A DNA stretch of 64,000 nt, taken from NCBI GenBank assembly GCA_021781215.1, contig JAJXXC010000002.1, forward strand, positions 83,371 through 147,370, in the 5' to 3' direction. Positions 11,139-21,067 of the stretch are shown piece by piece. The position numbers and the translations under genes were made by a program. The notes beneath the pieces are model-generated. The model searched no databases and was not told the DNA's origin. It worked only from the letters and a program-made list of their open reading frames with translations. How positions within the stretch are numbered: position 1 is the first letter of the stretch; each line of letters opens with the position of its first letter. This DNA is from a bacterium. GTDB taxonomy: Bacteria > Patescibacteriota > Saccharimonadia > Saccharimonadales > DATKHC01.

Positions 11139-11769
11139 TCTACACACTCATTCAATAGCATCAGCTGACGGCGGGCTAACGGTAGATGATTATGCTAGGG
11201 CTGTTAAGACTGGTCTGCTTGATATCATTGCCATAACTGACCACAATCAAATTGACTTTGCTGCAAGAATCCAAGAAAAATATCCTAAAAACATAATAGT
11301 TGGAGAAGAAATTATGACCATTGATGGAGAAATAATTGGTCTATTTTTGACTAAAAAAATTGATTCTGACTTAGATCTTGCCGATACCATTGACCGCATT
11401 CACAACCAAGGAGGACTATGCTACATCCCTCACCCTCTAGAAAAATTAAGACATGGATTAAGTTGGGAAAACTTATCTAAAATTAAAGACAATGTCGATA
11501 TCTTAGAGATTGGCAATGGAAGGGCTTTAAATAAACGAAACTATAAAAAATTAACTAACTGGGCTTCATCTAATAACATCCAAACTGCTTCTAGTAGTGA
11601 CGCTCATGGTCCAAAAGGTCTAGGCAAATCGTATACCTCAACCTCTTCAGTGCCCGCTAATGCTAGAGACTTAATCTCAGCCCTCGGTTCATCATCTAAG
11701 ATAATCACCTATCCTAGTTTAATTGAACTTTTATATCCAAAATATAATAGAATACGTAATAAGTCATGA
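11125..11769 (+). CDS. PHP-domain phosphoesterase
   Basis: IDLHTHS, AITDHN, GEEI, PHP, SSDAH. Confidence 0.88.
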   Translation: MIKIDLHTHSIASADGGLTVDDYARAVKTGLLDIIAITDHNQIDFAARIQEKYPKNIIVGEEIMTIDGEIIGLFLTKKIDSDLDLADTIDRIHNQGGLCYIPHPLEKLRHGLSWENLSKIKDNVDILEIGNGRALNKRNYKKLTNWASSNNIQTASSSDAHGPKGLGKSYTSTSSVPANARDLISALGSSSKIITYPSLIELLYPKYNRIRNKS

Positions 11770-12323
11770 TTAAAGATTTAATATTTTCAATTTGGTTTTT
11801 TCTGCCAGCAGGATTAGCTAACGCCAGCCCAATATATGCGGTAAGAATCCCGGGCCTAAAAAAATTAGGCTACCCGTTGGACTTTAATAAAAAATTTCAA
11901 GGAAAGTTAATTTTTGGTAAAAATAAAACCTGGAGAGGGTTAATATTGGCAATTACTGTCGGCATTGTGGTGACTACTATCCAGCACTATATGTACATCC
12001 ATAGCTCATGGATCAGATCCGTATCGCAACCATTAAATTACCGAACAGTTAATTTTGTGCTACTAGGCACGCTACTTGGGGCCGGAGCTATTCTCGGAGA
12101 TGCTGTTGAAAGTTTTGCTAAACGTCGACTAGACATTAAACCAGGTTCTTCGTGGTTTCCATATGATCAAATAGATTACATTTTTGGCGGATGTCTACTG
12201 TCGTGGTTTATAGTTAGCTTAAGCATTCCAGAATATATATTAATTCTTGGGGTATGGTTCGTAATACATCTAGTTTCTAGCTATGTGGGCTATTTAACTG
12301 GGATGAAAGATAAACCAATCTAG
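11766..12323 (+). CDS. CDP-archaeol synthase (CarS/DUF46)-like cytidylyltransferase
   Basis: PAGLANASP, PLDF, FGKNKTWRG, GDAVESFAKRRL...PG...DQID, HL...GY..GMKDKP. Confidence 0.85.
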   Translation: MIKDLIFSIWFFLPAGLANASPIYAVRIPGLKKLGYPLDFNKKFQGKLIFGKNKTWRGLILAITVGIVVTTIQHYMYIHSSWIRSVSQPLNYRTVNFVLLGTLLGAGAILGDAVESFAKRRLDIKPGSSWFPYDQIDYIFGGCLLSWFIVSLSIPEYILILGVWFVIHLVSSYVGYLTGMKDKPI

Positions 12324-13336
12324 ACCTGTTTAGCTACATTAACAATTAGGTTAAATGTGGCACCACCATCTGCATTGTTGGATACACTTAGTCCTGCTTG
12401 ATTGGCATTAGCAATTTCCTTAGCTAAGGCCAATCCAAGGCCATGACCAGGTATTTTGTTCGATCGGCTCATGTCGCTTCGGTATAGTCTTTCGAATATT
12501 AGTGGCATATCCATTCTAGCAACGCCCGGTCCATGATCAGAAACTGAAAATATAAAAATATTTTTATGCTGTTTACCGGTTAGGCTAATCTTTGATTTTT
12601 TAGGACTATATTTAACCGCATTGTCCAAAAAGATGACTATTATTTGTGACAGGCTTTCCAAGTTACCGAATATTTTATGATCATCTATGCTAGTTTCTAT
12701 CCGATTACTTTCCGAATAAACTTTTGAAAATTGAGATATGGCGTGATTAATAACATCTGTAGACTTAATTGATGACAATTTAATTTTGCCACCTTGGTTA
12801 GTGTCTGAAAGAGCCAGCAAGTTGTTAGTTAATAACTCCAACCGCTGCACTTCTTCGAGATTACTCACTATCTGGTTTCTGGCCTCGGCTTCAGTAAATG
12901 ATTTTTGACGCAGAAAAACTTCATTTTCCGTTCTCATAACCGATAGCGGCGTATTCAGTTCGTGGCTAGCATCGGACGCAAACTTGACCTGAAGCTTATG
13001 CGCGTCTTCAATTGGCCTGAGCGTTCTTCCGGCAAACCAATAACTTATAGGTACACCTATAATAATAGCTAAAATATTAAAATAAATTGTCCATTCCAGC
13101 AGTTGTTTTTGGGCATCAGCATCCTGTTCTTGTTGAATTTTTTGAACCGGTGAAATAAATAATGGAATACCGACCTGTTCACGAATTAACTGCGATATCT
13201 CTCCTCTCGTGTCCTGATTTTTGTGTTCAAATGCATTCTGAGCAACAATTCGAATACCGAATGTGGTTAGAGAACTGACAAAAACAATTGCTATTAGATA
13301 AAAAAATGTAAGCTGAACTCTGGCTGACTTAAACAT
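12320..13336 (-). CDS. sensor histidine kinase
   Basis: Two TM segments, H-box DASHELNTPL, LDNAVKYS, DHGPG, GHGLGLA. Confidence 0.93.
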   Translation of the reverse strand: MFKSARVQLTFFYLIAIVFVSSLTTFGIRIVAQNAFEHKNQDTRGEISQLIREQVGIPLFISPVQKIQQEQDADAQKQLLEWTIYFNILAIIIGVPISYWFAGRTLRPIEDAHKLQVKFASDASHELNTPLSVMRTENEVFLRQKSFTEAEARNQIVSNLEEVQRLELLTNNLLALSDTNQGGKIKLSSIKSTDVINHAISQFSKVYSESNRIETSIDDHKIFGNLESLSQIIVIFLDNAVKYSPKKSKISLTGKQHKNIFIFSVSDHGPGVARMDMPLIFERLYRSDMSRSNKIPGHGLGLALAKEIANANQAGLSVSNNADGGATFNLIVNVAKQV

Positions 13337-13337
13337 A

Positions 13338-14000
13338 CTACCTTATAACGTAGCCGTACCCTCTTACGGTTTGAATACTATTACTTTTAGGACCCAATTT
13401 CTTTCTCAAATGAGCTATAAAGGTCTCGACAGTATTGGGCTGAACCCTATTTTGATCATCCCAAACATGATTTAATAGTCTTTCCTTGCTTATTACTTCC
13501 CCTCTATACCTTAATAAGTATTCCAATAGGATAAATTCTTTGGCGGTAACTTGGACAACCTTACCGCTTACCATCAAAGTTTTAGCTAAAGGATCTAGAA
13601 CTAAATCATTCAAAGACATGGCTTGATCAACTTTTTGCCTTGGTCGTCTTAAGAGTGCGCGCATTCTAGCCAATAGCTCATCGAAAGAAAACGGCTTAGA
13701 CAAATAATCGTCTGCTCCTGTATCTAGGCCTTTAACCTTATCGCCTATGGCGCCCTTAGCAGTTAACATAAGTATCGGAAAAATTCTTTGATCGGTCTTC
13801 CACTTGGTAATCAAACCCGGTCCATCAAAACGGCCCGGTATCATCCAGTCGAGCAATACAAGGTCATATTCAGATGTCTCAGCTAAATAAAAAGCTTGAT
13901 CCGAGTCCAGGGCTATATCAACCACATAGTCCTCAGCCATTAAGCCCTTACGGAGGCTATTAGCTAATTTTTCTTCATCTTCGACAACCAGGATTTTCAT
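13338..14000 (-). CDS. OmpR-family response regulator
   Basis: MKILVVEDE, LLDWMIPG, GADDYLSKPF, IQTVRGYGY. Confidence 0.93.
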   Translation of the reverse strand: MKILVVEDEEKLANSLRKGLMAEDYVVDIALDSDQAFYLAETSEYDLVLLDWMIPGRFDGPGLITKWKTDQRIFPILMLTAKGAIGDKVKGLDTGADDYLSKPFSFDELLARMRALLRRPRQKVDQAMSLNDLVLDPLAKTLMVSGKVVQVTAKEFILLEYLLRYRGEVISKERLLNHVWDDQNRVQPNTVETFIAHLRKKLGPKSNSIQTVRGYGYVIR

Positions 14001-14054
14001 AAATATAATCTTATATATAAAATCTGCTGATAAACTGGCCAAATTCAGTTTTCA

Positions 14055-15086
14055 TTATTTTAGTTTATTCTTAAATGATTCAATAATATCGACTGGGGTT
14101 GGATTAATACCGTTTAAAATAGCTAAATAGATACTGACAAAATCACCCAAAGCTATGCCATACATGATTTGATCTAATAAATCTTCACCCTTTAAATCTA
14201 TTACTTCAGCTGCCGGTTTCTTACCGGATAAAAGTTGCTCCGTAACTGCAAACCTCTTAAGTACCTTTGGGTTATCAAGACTCGATCTAAGTTCTATAAC
14301 TGCGTACGGTTTATCTACCGGGTGACTAGTCCATCCAATAAATTCGTTATGATTAAACTCTGGGAACTGATTAACCCACGATACTGTTTTGGCATTCTCA
14401 TTAATGCTGATTTTCCATTTATAGGCTACTGGGAAAAATTTAGCAGACGAATAAACTACGACGGATTTACCGATAATCTCAAGTGCAATTTGTTTGGCTA
14501 AATTACTGGACGTAGCCTTGGTTTCAATAAAATCATCTATTAGCCCCTCAAGTCTTAATGATGCCTCTTCAAGTTGGCCGACTAAACCAACAGATAATCC
14601 GGCTTGTTCTAATATCTCCGCGAGAGCTCGTAATTGATAACCAAAAGTCATTCTGGGTTGGTATCCACCGGGTAGTTTAATGCGTGGCAGCTTATATTCA
14701 TCGGCAATTTTCTCTAACTCTCCACCGCTACAAACCACAATAATCATTGGAGGCTGGTCAAGACTAAGTGCCTCATTTAAAATGCTCACGGTTTCCTCAG
14801 TATTTCCAGAATAACTAACTACCACCAATAGAGTGGTTACTGATGTATAACTTGGCAAGTGATAGTCCTGAACTATTTGAATAGGAAGTTTTGGATTTGG
14901 CCAGGTTGACAAAAATTTAGCTGCTAAACCAGACCCCCCCATTCCGGCAATAATCAAATTATTTACGGTTTTTGGTGGTGTCCATTTGAAACTATAGTCA
15001 TTTCTATATTGAGCGGGCTGTTTTCTGGTTATACCAAGTGAATCCTCACTATCTCTTGAATGAATCACTTTCAAATCATCTAGCAT
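14055..15086 (-). CDS. bifunctional phosphoglucose/phosphomannose isomerase
   Basis: GMGGSG, SYSGNTEET, QPR, WKISINENAK, PEFNHNE. Confidence 0.92.
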   Translation of the reverse strand: MLDDLKVIHSRDSEDSLGITRKQPAQYRNDYSFKWTPPKTVNNLIIAGMGGSGLAAKFLSTWPNPKLPIQIVQDYHLPSYTSVTTLLVVVSYSGNTEETVSILNEALSLDQPPMIIVVCSGGELEKIADEYKLPRIKLPGGYQPRMTFGYQLRALAEILEQAGLSVGLVGQLEEASLRLEGLIDDFIETKATSSNLAKQIALEIIGKSVVVYSSAKFFPVAYKWKISINENAKTVSWVNQFPEFNHNEFIGWTSHPVDKPYAVIELRSSLDNPKVLKRFAVTEQLLSGKKPAAEVIDLKGEDLLDQIMYGIALGDFVSIYLAILNGINPTPVDIIESFKNKLK

Positions 15087-15158
15087 CTAGGCTCCTTTAT
15101 TATTTACTACTCTAACTATTATATGATATATTTCTAATGAATACATAAGGGGGTTGGG

Positions 15159-15608
15159 ATGTTCGACGAAAACGCGCAAAATAATACACAACAAACAGAT
15201 ACTCAAGATAATCAAATAGCAAATAATCAGACTCAAAATACACCACTGATTTCACCCGATGTACCTGTATCGGATAACTTACCAATCACTGATCCATACA
15301 TACCCACAACTATCCCCCAAACAGCTGAAGATAGTGTCGACAATAGCCCATCCCCAGATGACGACTTGATGTCAATTAAAAAGCAGGCTCTTCAACAACT
15401 AGCCCCGCTAGTAAACCAGTTAGACCAGGAGCCAGATGAAAAATTCAAAACTATGTTAATGATGATTCAGGCATCTGACGATAAAACTATGCTTAGTACT
15501 GCCTATGAAACAGCTCAAAAAATATCCGATGAAAAAATTAGAGCTCAAGCACTCTTAGATATAGTTAACGAAATTAATTACTTTACGCATCAAACAAAAT
15601 CTGAATAG
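15159..15608 (+). CDS. hypothetical protein
   Basis: Low-complexity N-terminus, helical C-terminal domain; SD-like AAGGGGG upstream. Confidence 0.7.
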   Translation: MFDENAQNNTQQTDTQDNQIANNQTQNTPLISPDVPVSDNLPITDPYIPTTIPQTAEDSVDNSPSPDDDLMSIKKQALQQLAPLVNQLDQEPDEKFKTMLMMIQASDDKTMLSTAYETAQKISDEKIRAQALLDIVNEINYFTHQTKSE

Positions 15609-15625
15609 ATTATAGTCTGGCTAAA

Positions 15626-17272
15626 CTACATCATCCCCATACCACTACCCATTGACCCCATATCTGGAGTAGAAGATTTTGGCTCAGGTACATCAACTAC
15701 CAAAGCCCCCATAGTAATCGCCGTACCGGCTATAGAGACTGAATTTAAAACAGCCTCTTTAGTAACTCTAGTTGGGTCAACTACACCAGCATTCTTAAGA
15801 TCTACCAACGAAGTCGGGTTATTAACATCTATTCCCTGTCCATCTTTAGCTTCAAGTATTTTTGGCAACCACTGATCTGGGTTAAGTCCGGAATTATTCA
15901 TTAACTCATAGAAAGGCTTAGTTAGGGCATTTCTAAGAATTTGTTTACCAGCGGATAAGCTATCATTTCCCTCACTTACAATATCTTTGCTTATATTTAA
16001 TAGAGTGACTCCACCACCGGCTACGATACCCTCATCCAACGCTGCCTTAACAGCTGCAACGGCATCATCAACTCTAAATTTCTTTTCTTCAATTTCAGTC
16101 TCAGTTGAGCCGCCAACTTTAATCACCGCGACTTTACCCGAAAGCGCAGCACGTCTTTTGTCCAAGTTTTCTTTATCATACTCACTAGTGGCTGTACTTA
16201 TTTGGGCCTTTATCTGATTAATTCGATCCTTGATTTCGCTAACCGAGCCAGTACCTTCAATAATTGTAGTTTCGTCTTTAGTAACAATAACCTTTCTAGC
16301 ACTACCTATCATTGATAAATCGGCGGTCTCAAAACTAGACCCTAGTTCTTCCGATATGACTGTTGCTCCAGTTAAGACGGCGATGTCATTTAAAATATCC
16401 TTACGACGATCACCGAAAGAGGGAGCCTTAATAGCTATTGTATTAAAAGTACCCTTTAGTTTATTTAGAATCAGAGTTCCAAGAGCTTCTCCTTCAACTT
16501 CTTCGGCAATTAATACCAAGTCTTTTTTTCCTGCAGCAGCCAATTTTTCAAGAATTGGTAGAAATTCAGTCACAGAACTAATTTTCTTATCGGTAATTAT
16601 GATACTTGGTTTATCATATATAGCCTCCATACGAGTAGTGTCTGTTACCATGTATGAACTTACAAAGCCCCTATCAAAGGTAAAGCCTTCAACCACTTCA
16701 CTCTCGAGAGCTAAACCCTGTCCCTCTTCAACCGTAACCACACCTTCTTTGCCAACTTTTTCAATCACCTCAGCAATCAACCGACCAATTTCCTGATCTC
16801 CGGCACTAATAGTGGCAACTTCAGCTACTCGATTTTTCTTTCCCTGAACATCTTCACTAAGACTGTCCAATTTTTTAATCGCTTCTTGCGCTGCCTGTTC
16901 TAAGCCCTTTCTAAGTTGCATTGGATTATGTCCAGCTGCAATTAATTTATTTGATTCTTGAAGAATATGATAAGTCAAGACAGTCACCGTAGTGGTTCCA
17001 TCACCCGCTACATCATTCATTTTATTTGCTGCCTGTTTAATTAATTCTGCGCCAACTTTATAACCAAGAGTTTCATCATCAACTTCAGCAATATCTACTG
17101 CCTTAGCTACTGTTACACCATCATGAGTTACTGTTGGGTTACCATAAGACTTACCAATTACAACATTGCGCCCTTTAGGACCCATAGTAGTTCTAACGGC
17201 ATCATATAAAACTTTAGCGCCACCCAATACTCGACTTCTTGCATCATCATCATAAAAAACTTTTTTAGACAT
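15626..17272 (-). CDS. groL: chaperonin GroEL
   Basis: TMGPKGRNV, GDGTTT, KAPSFGDRRK, GGM-like tail. Confidence 0.98.
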   Translation of the reverse strand: MSKKVFYDDDARSRVLGGAKVLYDAVRTTMGPKGRNVVIGKSYGNPTVTHDGVTVAKAVDIAEVDDETLGYKVGAELIKQAANKMNDVAGDGTTTVTVLTYHILQESNKLIAAGHNPMQLRKGLEQAAQEAIKKLDSLSEDVQGKKNRVAEVATISAGDQEIGRLIAEVIEKVGKEGVVTVEEGQGLALESEVVEGFTFDRGFVSSYMVTDTTRMEAIYDKPSIIITDKKISSVTEFLPILEKLAAAGKKDLVLIAEEVEGEALGTLILNKLKGTFNTIAIKAPSFGDRRKDILNDIAVLTGATVISEELGSSFETADLSMIGSARKVIVTKDETTIIEGTGSVSEIKDRINQIKAQISTATSEYDKENLDKRRAALSGKVAVIKVGGSTETEIEEKKFRVDDAVAAVKAALDEGIVAGGGVTLLNISKDIVSEGNDSLSAGKQILRNALTKPFYELMNNSGLNPDQWLPKILEAKDGQGIDVNNPTSLVDLKNAGVVDPTRVTKEAVLNSVSIAGTAITMGALVVDVPEPKSSTPDMGSMGSGMGMM

Positions 17273-17295
17273 GTTCTTAATAACTCCTAATTAAA

Positions 17296-17562
17296 TTATT
17301 TAACCGTAGCTAGTACGTCTTCTTCTTTTACTAAAATATATTCGTCTGAACCTAGTTTTACATCAGTTGTAGAATAGCTTTTATAAATTATACGATCATT
17401 AACTTTAACTTGTTTCACACTTTTGCCAATCGCTAGTACTTTTGCGACCTTAGGTTTTTCTTGAGCATTTTCTGTCAAAAATAAACCACTTGCAGTCTTA
17501 GTTTCACTAACTTCTGATTGGGCTACTAAATAGTCTGATAATGGTTGAATGTTAACACTCAT
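17296..17562 (-). CDS. groS: co-chaperonin GroES
   Basis: IQPLSD, KTASGLFL, LVKEEDVLA; upstream of groL. Confidence 0.96.
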   Translation of the reverse strand: MSVNIQPLSDYLVAQSEVSETKTASGLFLTENAQEKPKVAKVLAIGKSVKQVKVNDRIIYKSYSTTDVKLGSDEYILVKEEDVLATVK

Positions 17563-17623
17563 TTTAAACTCCTAGTTATTATTACAATTTTAGTTAGTAT
17601 TTACTCATATATAACACTAACTT

Positions 17624-17650
17624 TCAGCACTCATCATAGTCGACTGCTAG
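17624..17650. promoter_or_regulatory. CIRCE element (HrcA operator) overlapping the groES promoter
   Basis: TCAGCACTC-N9-GACTGCTAG versus consensus TTAGCACTC-N9-GAGTGCTAA; minus-strand TTGACA (17662-17657)-N18-TATGAT (17638-17633) puts the -10 inside the spacer. Confidence 0.85.
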
Positions 17651-17743
17651 TTCGGGTGTCAAATTTATTCATAAATATGGCCAAAAACATTTTAGACCAA
17701 CATATAAACTTGTATACGGTGTAGTTTTGTTATACTAGAATTT

Positions 17744-18541
17744 ATGACAAAAAACATACTAATGTGCGAACCAAAATACTTTGACATTGAATATGAGATT
17801 AATCCATGGATGAAATTAACTGATCAGCCAAGTGACTTAACTGCTGAAGAACAGTGGCATAAACTCCTAGGGATATACACTAATGAGTTGGGTTGGAATG
17901 TTAAATTTATTGATCCGGTCAAACACCTGCCGGACATGGTATTTGCAACTGATTGTTGCCTAATGTTAGACGGTAAAATAATGCTATCTAAATTTAGATA
18001 CCCAGAACGACGACCTGAGTCAGAGCGCTATAAGCAATGGTTCATAGATAATGGTTTTAATAAAATCAAACAAACTAGCAATTTTTTTGAAGGCGGAGGA
18101 GATACTATGGTCTGTGGCCAAAAAATCATTGCCGGTTACGGATTCCGAAGCCAATTAGAAAGCCATAAAGAGCTTGAAGATTATTTTTCCCGTGAAGTTA
18201 TTTCACTTAAAATTGTTGATCCATTTTTCTATCATTTAGATACAAGCCTAACGGTTCTAAGCGATGACACCATCGCATTCTACCCGGGTGCAATAGACGA
18301 ACCTAGCCAAGAATTATTAAGAAGCAAAATACCTAATTGTATTGAAGCTACTCTTGAAGAGGCTCAAGGTTTTGGTCTAAACGCAGTTAGTGACGGGAAA
18401 ACGATTGTTACCAGTGATGCCAACCAGTCATTAATTGAAAAATATCGTCAAGCAGGTTTTACAGTAATTCCGACTCCGATACTGGAATTTAGGAAAAGCG
18501 GTGGTGGAGTTAAGTGCTTAACTCTTGAGTTAAGAAGTTAA
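17744..18541 (+). CDS. amidinotransferase/dimethylarginase (arginine-deiminase-related) family protein
   Basis: YEINPWM, LPDMVF, FEGGGD, FYHLDT, KSGGGVKCLTL (catalytic Cys). Confidence 0.87.
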   Translation: MTKNILMCEPKYFDIEYEINPWMKLTDQPSDLTAEEQWHKLLGIYTNELGWNVKFIDPVKHLPDMVFATDCCLMLDGKIMLSKFRYPERRPESERYKQWFIDNGFNKIKQTSNFFEGGGDTMVCGQKIIAGYGFRSQLESHKELEDYFSREVISLKIVDPFFYHLDTSLTVLSDDTIAFYPGAIDEPSQELLRSKIPNCIEATLEEAQGFGLNAVSDGKTIVTSDANQSLIEKYRQAGFTVIPTPILEFRKSGGGVKCLTLELRS

Positions 18542-19900
18542 TCTTTTTTTTAAACACTTCCTGGCGACCGTAACCTCATCAAATGACCTCTTGATAACTC
18601 TTCGAGGATCGTCGTCATCTTGCAATAAACCTCTTAGGTGAGCGGCTTCTGGGCCATTCGATAAAATAGATTTTTCATGCCCCTTGCCTAGTAGCAAAAC
18701 CATGTCACCAGATTTAGCCATACCAACCGCGGCCTGAATCGCCTTTTCTCGATCATGTATCAAAAAAAGATCATGGTTAATTTTTTTCCCAGATTCTATT
18801 GCTCCAGATGCAATTTGATTTAATATCTCCAGGCCATCAACATCACGATCATCTTCTTCGGTAGCAATTACGATATCACAAAATCTACCCGCAATACTTC
18901 CCTGGGCTGCTCGTTTTGCTTCATCTCGTCTCCCTGCACTACCGAAAACACAGATAATTTTACCCTTAGTGATTTTTTTGACCTCATTAAAAATTACCTT
19001 AAAGCTATCTGGTGTATGAGCGTAATCCACAATCACTCCAAAATCCTGGCCTTCATCCACATAGGTCATGCGACCTTCTACTGCCTTAAGATCAGCTATT
19101 CCTTTCTCTATCTGTTGTTTGTTAAGACCAATTGTTCTACCTACTAATATTGCGGCCAATGAATTAGAGATGTTAAAGCTTCCTGGAAGATGACAGTTAA
19201 TCTGATATTCATCTCCTGCTATCTTTGCTACATATGAGCTACCAGATGAATTCATCTTGATGCTGGAAGCTGTTATATCACCCTTGTTAATTCCATATGT
19301 AATTGGATATTTTATACTATTAGCGAAAATACTAGCATTTCTATCTTCTGCATTTACAATTCCAACTCTATAGCCTTTTTTATAAGAATTTGTCTGAACG
19401 AAAAGCTGTCTTTTGGCGTCTAAGTAGTTTTCAAAAGTTTTATGGTAATCAAGGTGTTCATGATTAATATTGGTCATTACTGCTATTGAATATGGAATTC
19501 CCCAAACTCGATGTTGTGCCAAGGCATGACTGGTTGTTTCTAGAACTAACCACTCAGCTCCAGAACGTTTAATCTTAACCATTGATTTAGCTAAGCTAAA
19601 CGCACTAACCGTGGTAAGTCTAGTTGGATTTGGAACTAGTCCCTTCCCGTCTCCATAGTCTATAGAGATAGTGGTCATCATGGCTGCTTTAAAATTATTT
19701 GAGACCAGGAGTTGATGTATTAGCGTTGAGGTACTGGTTTTACCATCGGTACCAGTCACTCCAATAACTTTTAATTTTCTGGCTGGGAACCTATAGATTG
19801 TTTGAGCAAAAATTGCCTCTAAAAGATGGCCGTATGGTTCAATTTTTCTAAACAATTCTCTAGGAATAATTTTTTTAACGATTCTTCTGGGGTTCATCAC
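18530..19900 (-). CDS. murE: Mur ligase MurE
   Basis: GVTGTDGKTST, LETTSHAL, EHLDYH, VDYAHTPD, LLGKGHE. Confidence 0.92.
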   Translation of the reverse strand: MMNPRRIVKKIIPRELFRKIEPYGHLLEAIFAQTIYRFPARKLKVIGVTGTDGKTSTSTLIHQLLVSNNFKAAMMTTISIDYGDGKGLVPNPTRLTTVSAFSLAKSMVKIKRSGAEWLVLETTSHALAQHRVWGIPYSIAVMTNINHEHLDYHKTFENYLDAKRQLFVQTNSYKKGYRVGIVNAEDRNASIFANSIKYPITYGINKGDITASSIKMNSSGSSYVAKIAGDEYQINCHLPGSFNISNSLAAILVGRTIGLNKQQIEKGIADLKAVEGRMTYVDEGQDFGVIVDYAHTPDSFKVIFNEVKKITKGKIICVFGSAGRRDEAKRAAQGSIAGRFCDIVIATEEDDRDVDGLEILNQIASGAIESGKKINHDLFLIHDREKAIQAAVGMAKSGDMVLLLGKGHEKSILSNGPEAAHLRGLLQDDDDPRRVIKRSFDEVTVARKCLKKRLTS

Positions 19901-19928
19901 CCATAATTATAGTATACTTACTCTTAAA

Positions 19929-20987
19929 ATGAATGTTTTAGGAATAGAATCTAGCTGTGACGAGACTGCAGCCTCAATAGTGTCCGATGGAAAAACTATG
20001 CTATCGAATGTGGTAGCTAGTAGTTTAGAGCTTCATCGTTATTATGGGGGTGTAGTTCCGGAAATTGCCGCTAGAAGCCATATTCAATCAATAATTCCTG
20101 TGATTGAAGAATCTTTAACTCAGTCAGCACTAGGCTGGGATGATATTGATGCTATAGCAGTAACTCATGGCGCAGGATTAGGTGGTAGTCTACTGGTCGG
20201 AGTAACCACCGCTAAAACCCTAGCCATCACTAAAAATAAGCCATTATACGCCGTAAACCATGTTGCGGGACACGTTTATGCGAATTTCATAACCAACACT
20301 ACGCTCAACAACTATTACCTTCCGGATAATCAGCCAGAATTTCCGTTATTAGCGCTAATCGTCAGTGGTGGTCATAGTCAATTAGTCTATTTCAAAAATC
20401 ACTTTAAGTATAAATTACTCGGTCAAACTCGAGATGATGCCATAGGAGAAGCCTTTGATAAGGTAGCACGAATTATTGGCCTTCCCTACCCTGGCGGACC
20501 GAGTATTGCTGACGCAGCTTTGTCAGGGAATCCCAATCAATTTACCCTACCTAAAGCTAAGATGGCAAAATACGACTTTAGTTTTTCTGGATTAAAAACT
20601 GCGGTTCTAAGGCTATCGCAAGAATTAATTGGTGAAGATTATCACTTCCCTAGTTTTAAGCTTGCAGAACGGCTTAATTCAACTCAGAAAGCCAATATTG
20701 CCGCTAGCTTTCAACGCGTAGCTATTGAGTCCGTAGTAGATAAGGCCTTAATTGCCTATAACGAATACAAACCAAAGACATTTGTAATAGCTGGTGGTGT
20801 AGCAAGTAATTTAGAACTGAGGCGACAGATAAAGGATCGTTTCTCAATTAACGTCAGCTATACTGATCCGAAGTTATGTACTGATAACGGAGCAATGATT
20901 GCCTGTATTGGATACTACCAGGCTAAATTTGGCATCGATCTCGCCGACCCCTATTCATTAGCCATTCAACCTAACTTAGTAATGTAG
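19929..20987 (+). CDS. tsaD: tRNA threonylcarbamoyltransferase TsaD
   Basis: LGIESSCDET, GGVVPEIAARSH, VSGGHS, DDAIGEAFDK, CTDNGAMI. Confidence 0.96.
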   Translation: MNVLGIESSCDETAASIVSDGKTMLSNVVASSLELHRYYGGVVPEIAARSHIQSIIPVIEESLTQSALGWDDIDAIAVTHGAGLGGSLLVGVTTAKTLAITKNKPLYAVNHVAGHVYANFITNTTLNNYYLPDNQPEFPLLALIVSGGHSQLVYFKNHFKYKLLGQTRDDAIGEAFDKVARIIGLPYPGGPSIADAALSGNPNQFTLPKAKMAKYDFSFSGLKTAVLRLSQELIGEDYHFPSFKLAERLNSTQKANIAASFQRVAIESVVDKALIAYNEYKPKTFVIAGGVASNLELRRQIKDRFSINVSYTDPKLCTDNGAMIACIGYYQAKFGIDLADPYSLAIQPNLVM

Positions 20988-21067
20988 CTTGCTCATTCAC
21001 GTGAACAAATTAACTCCTTAGAAAACTATTAAAAAGGCATAAAGCATGTTATCGTTAAGATAGATTT

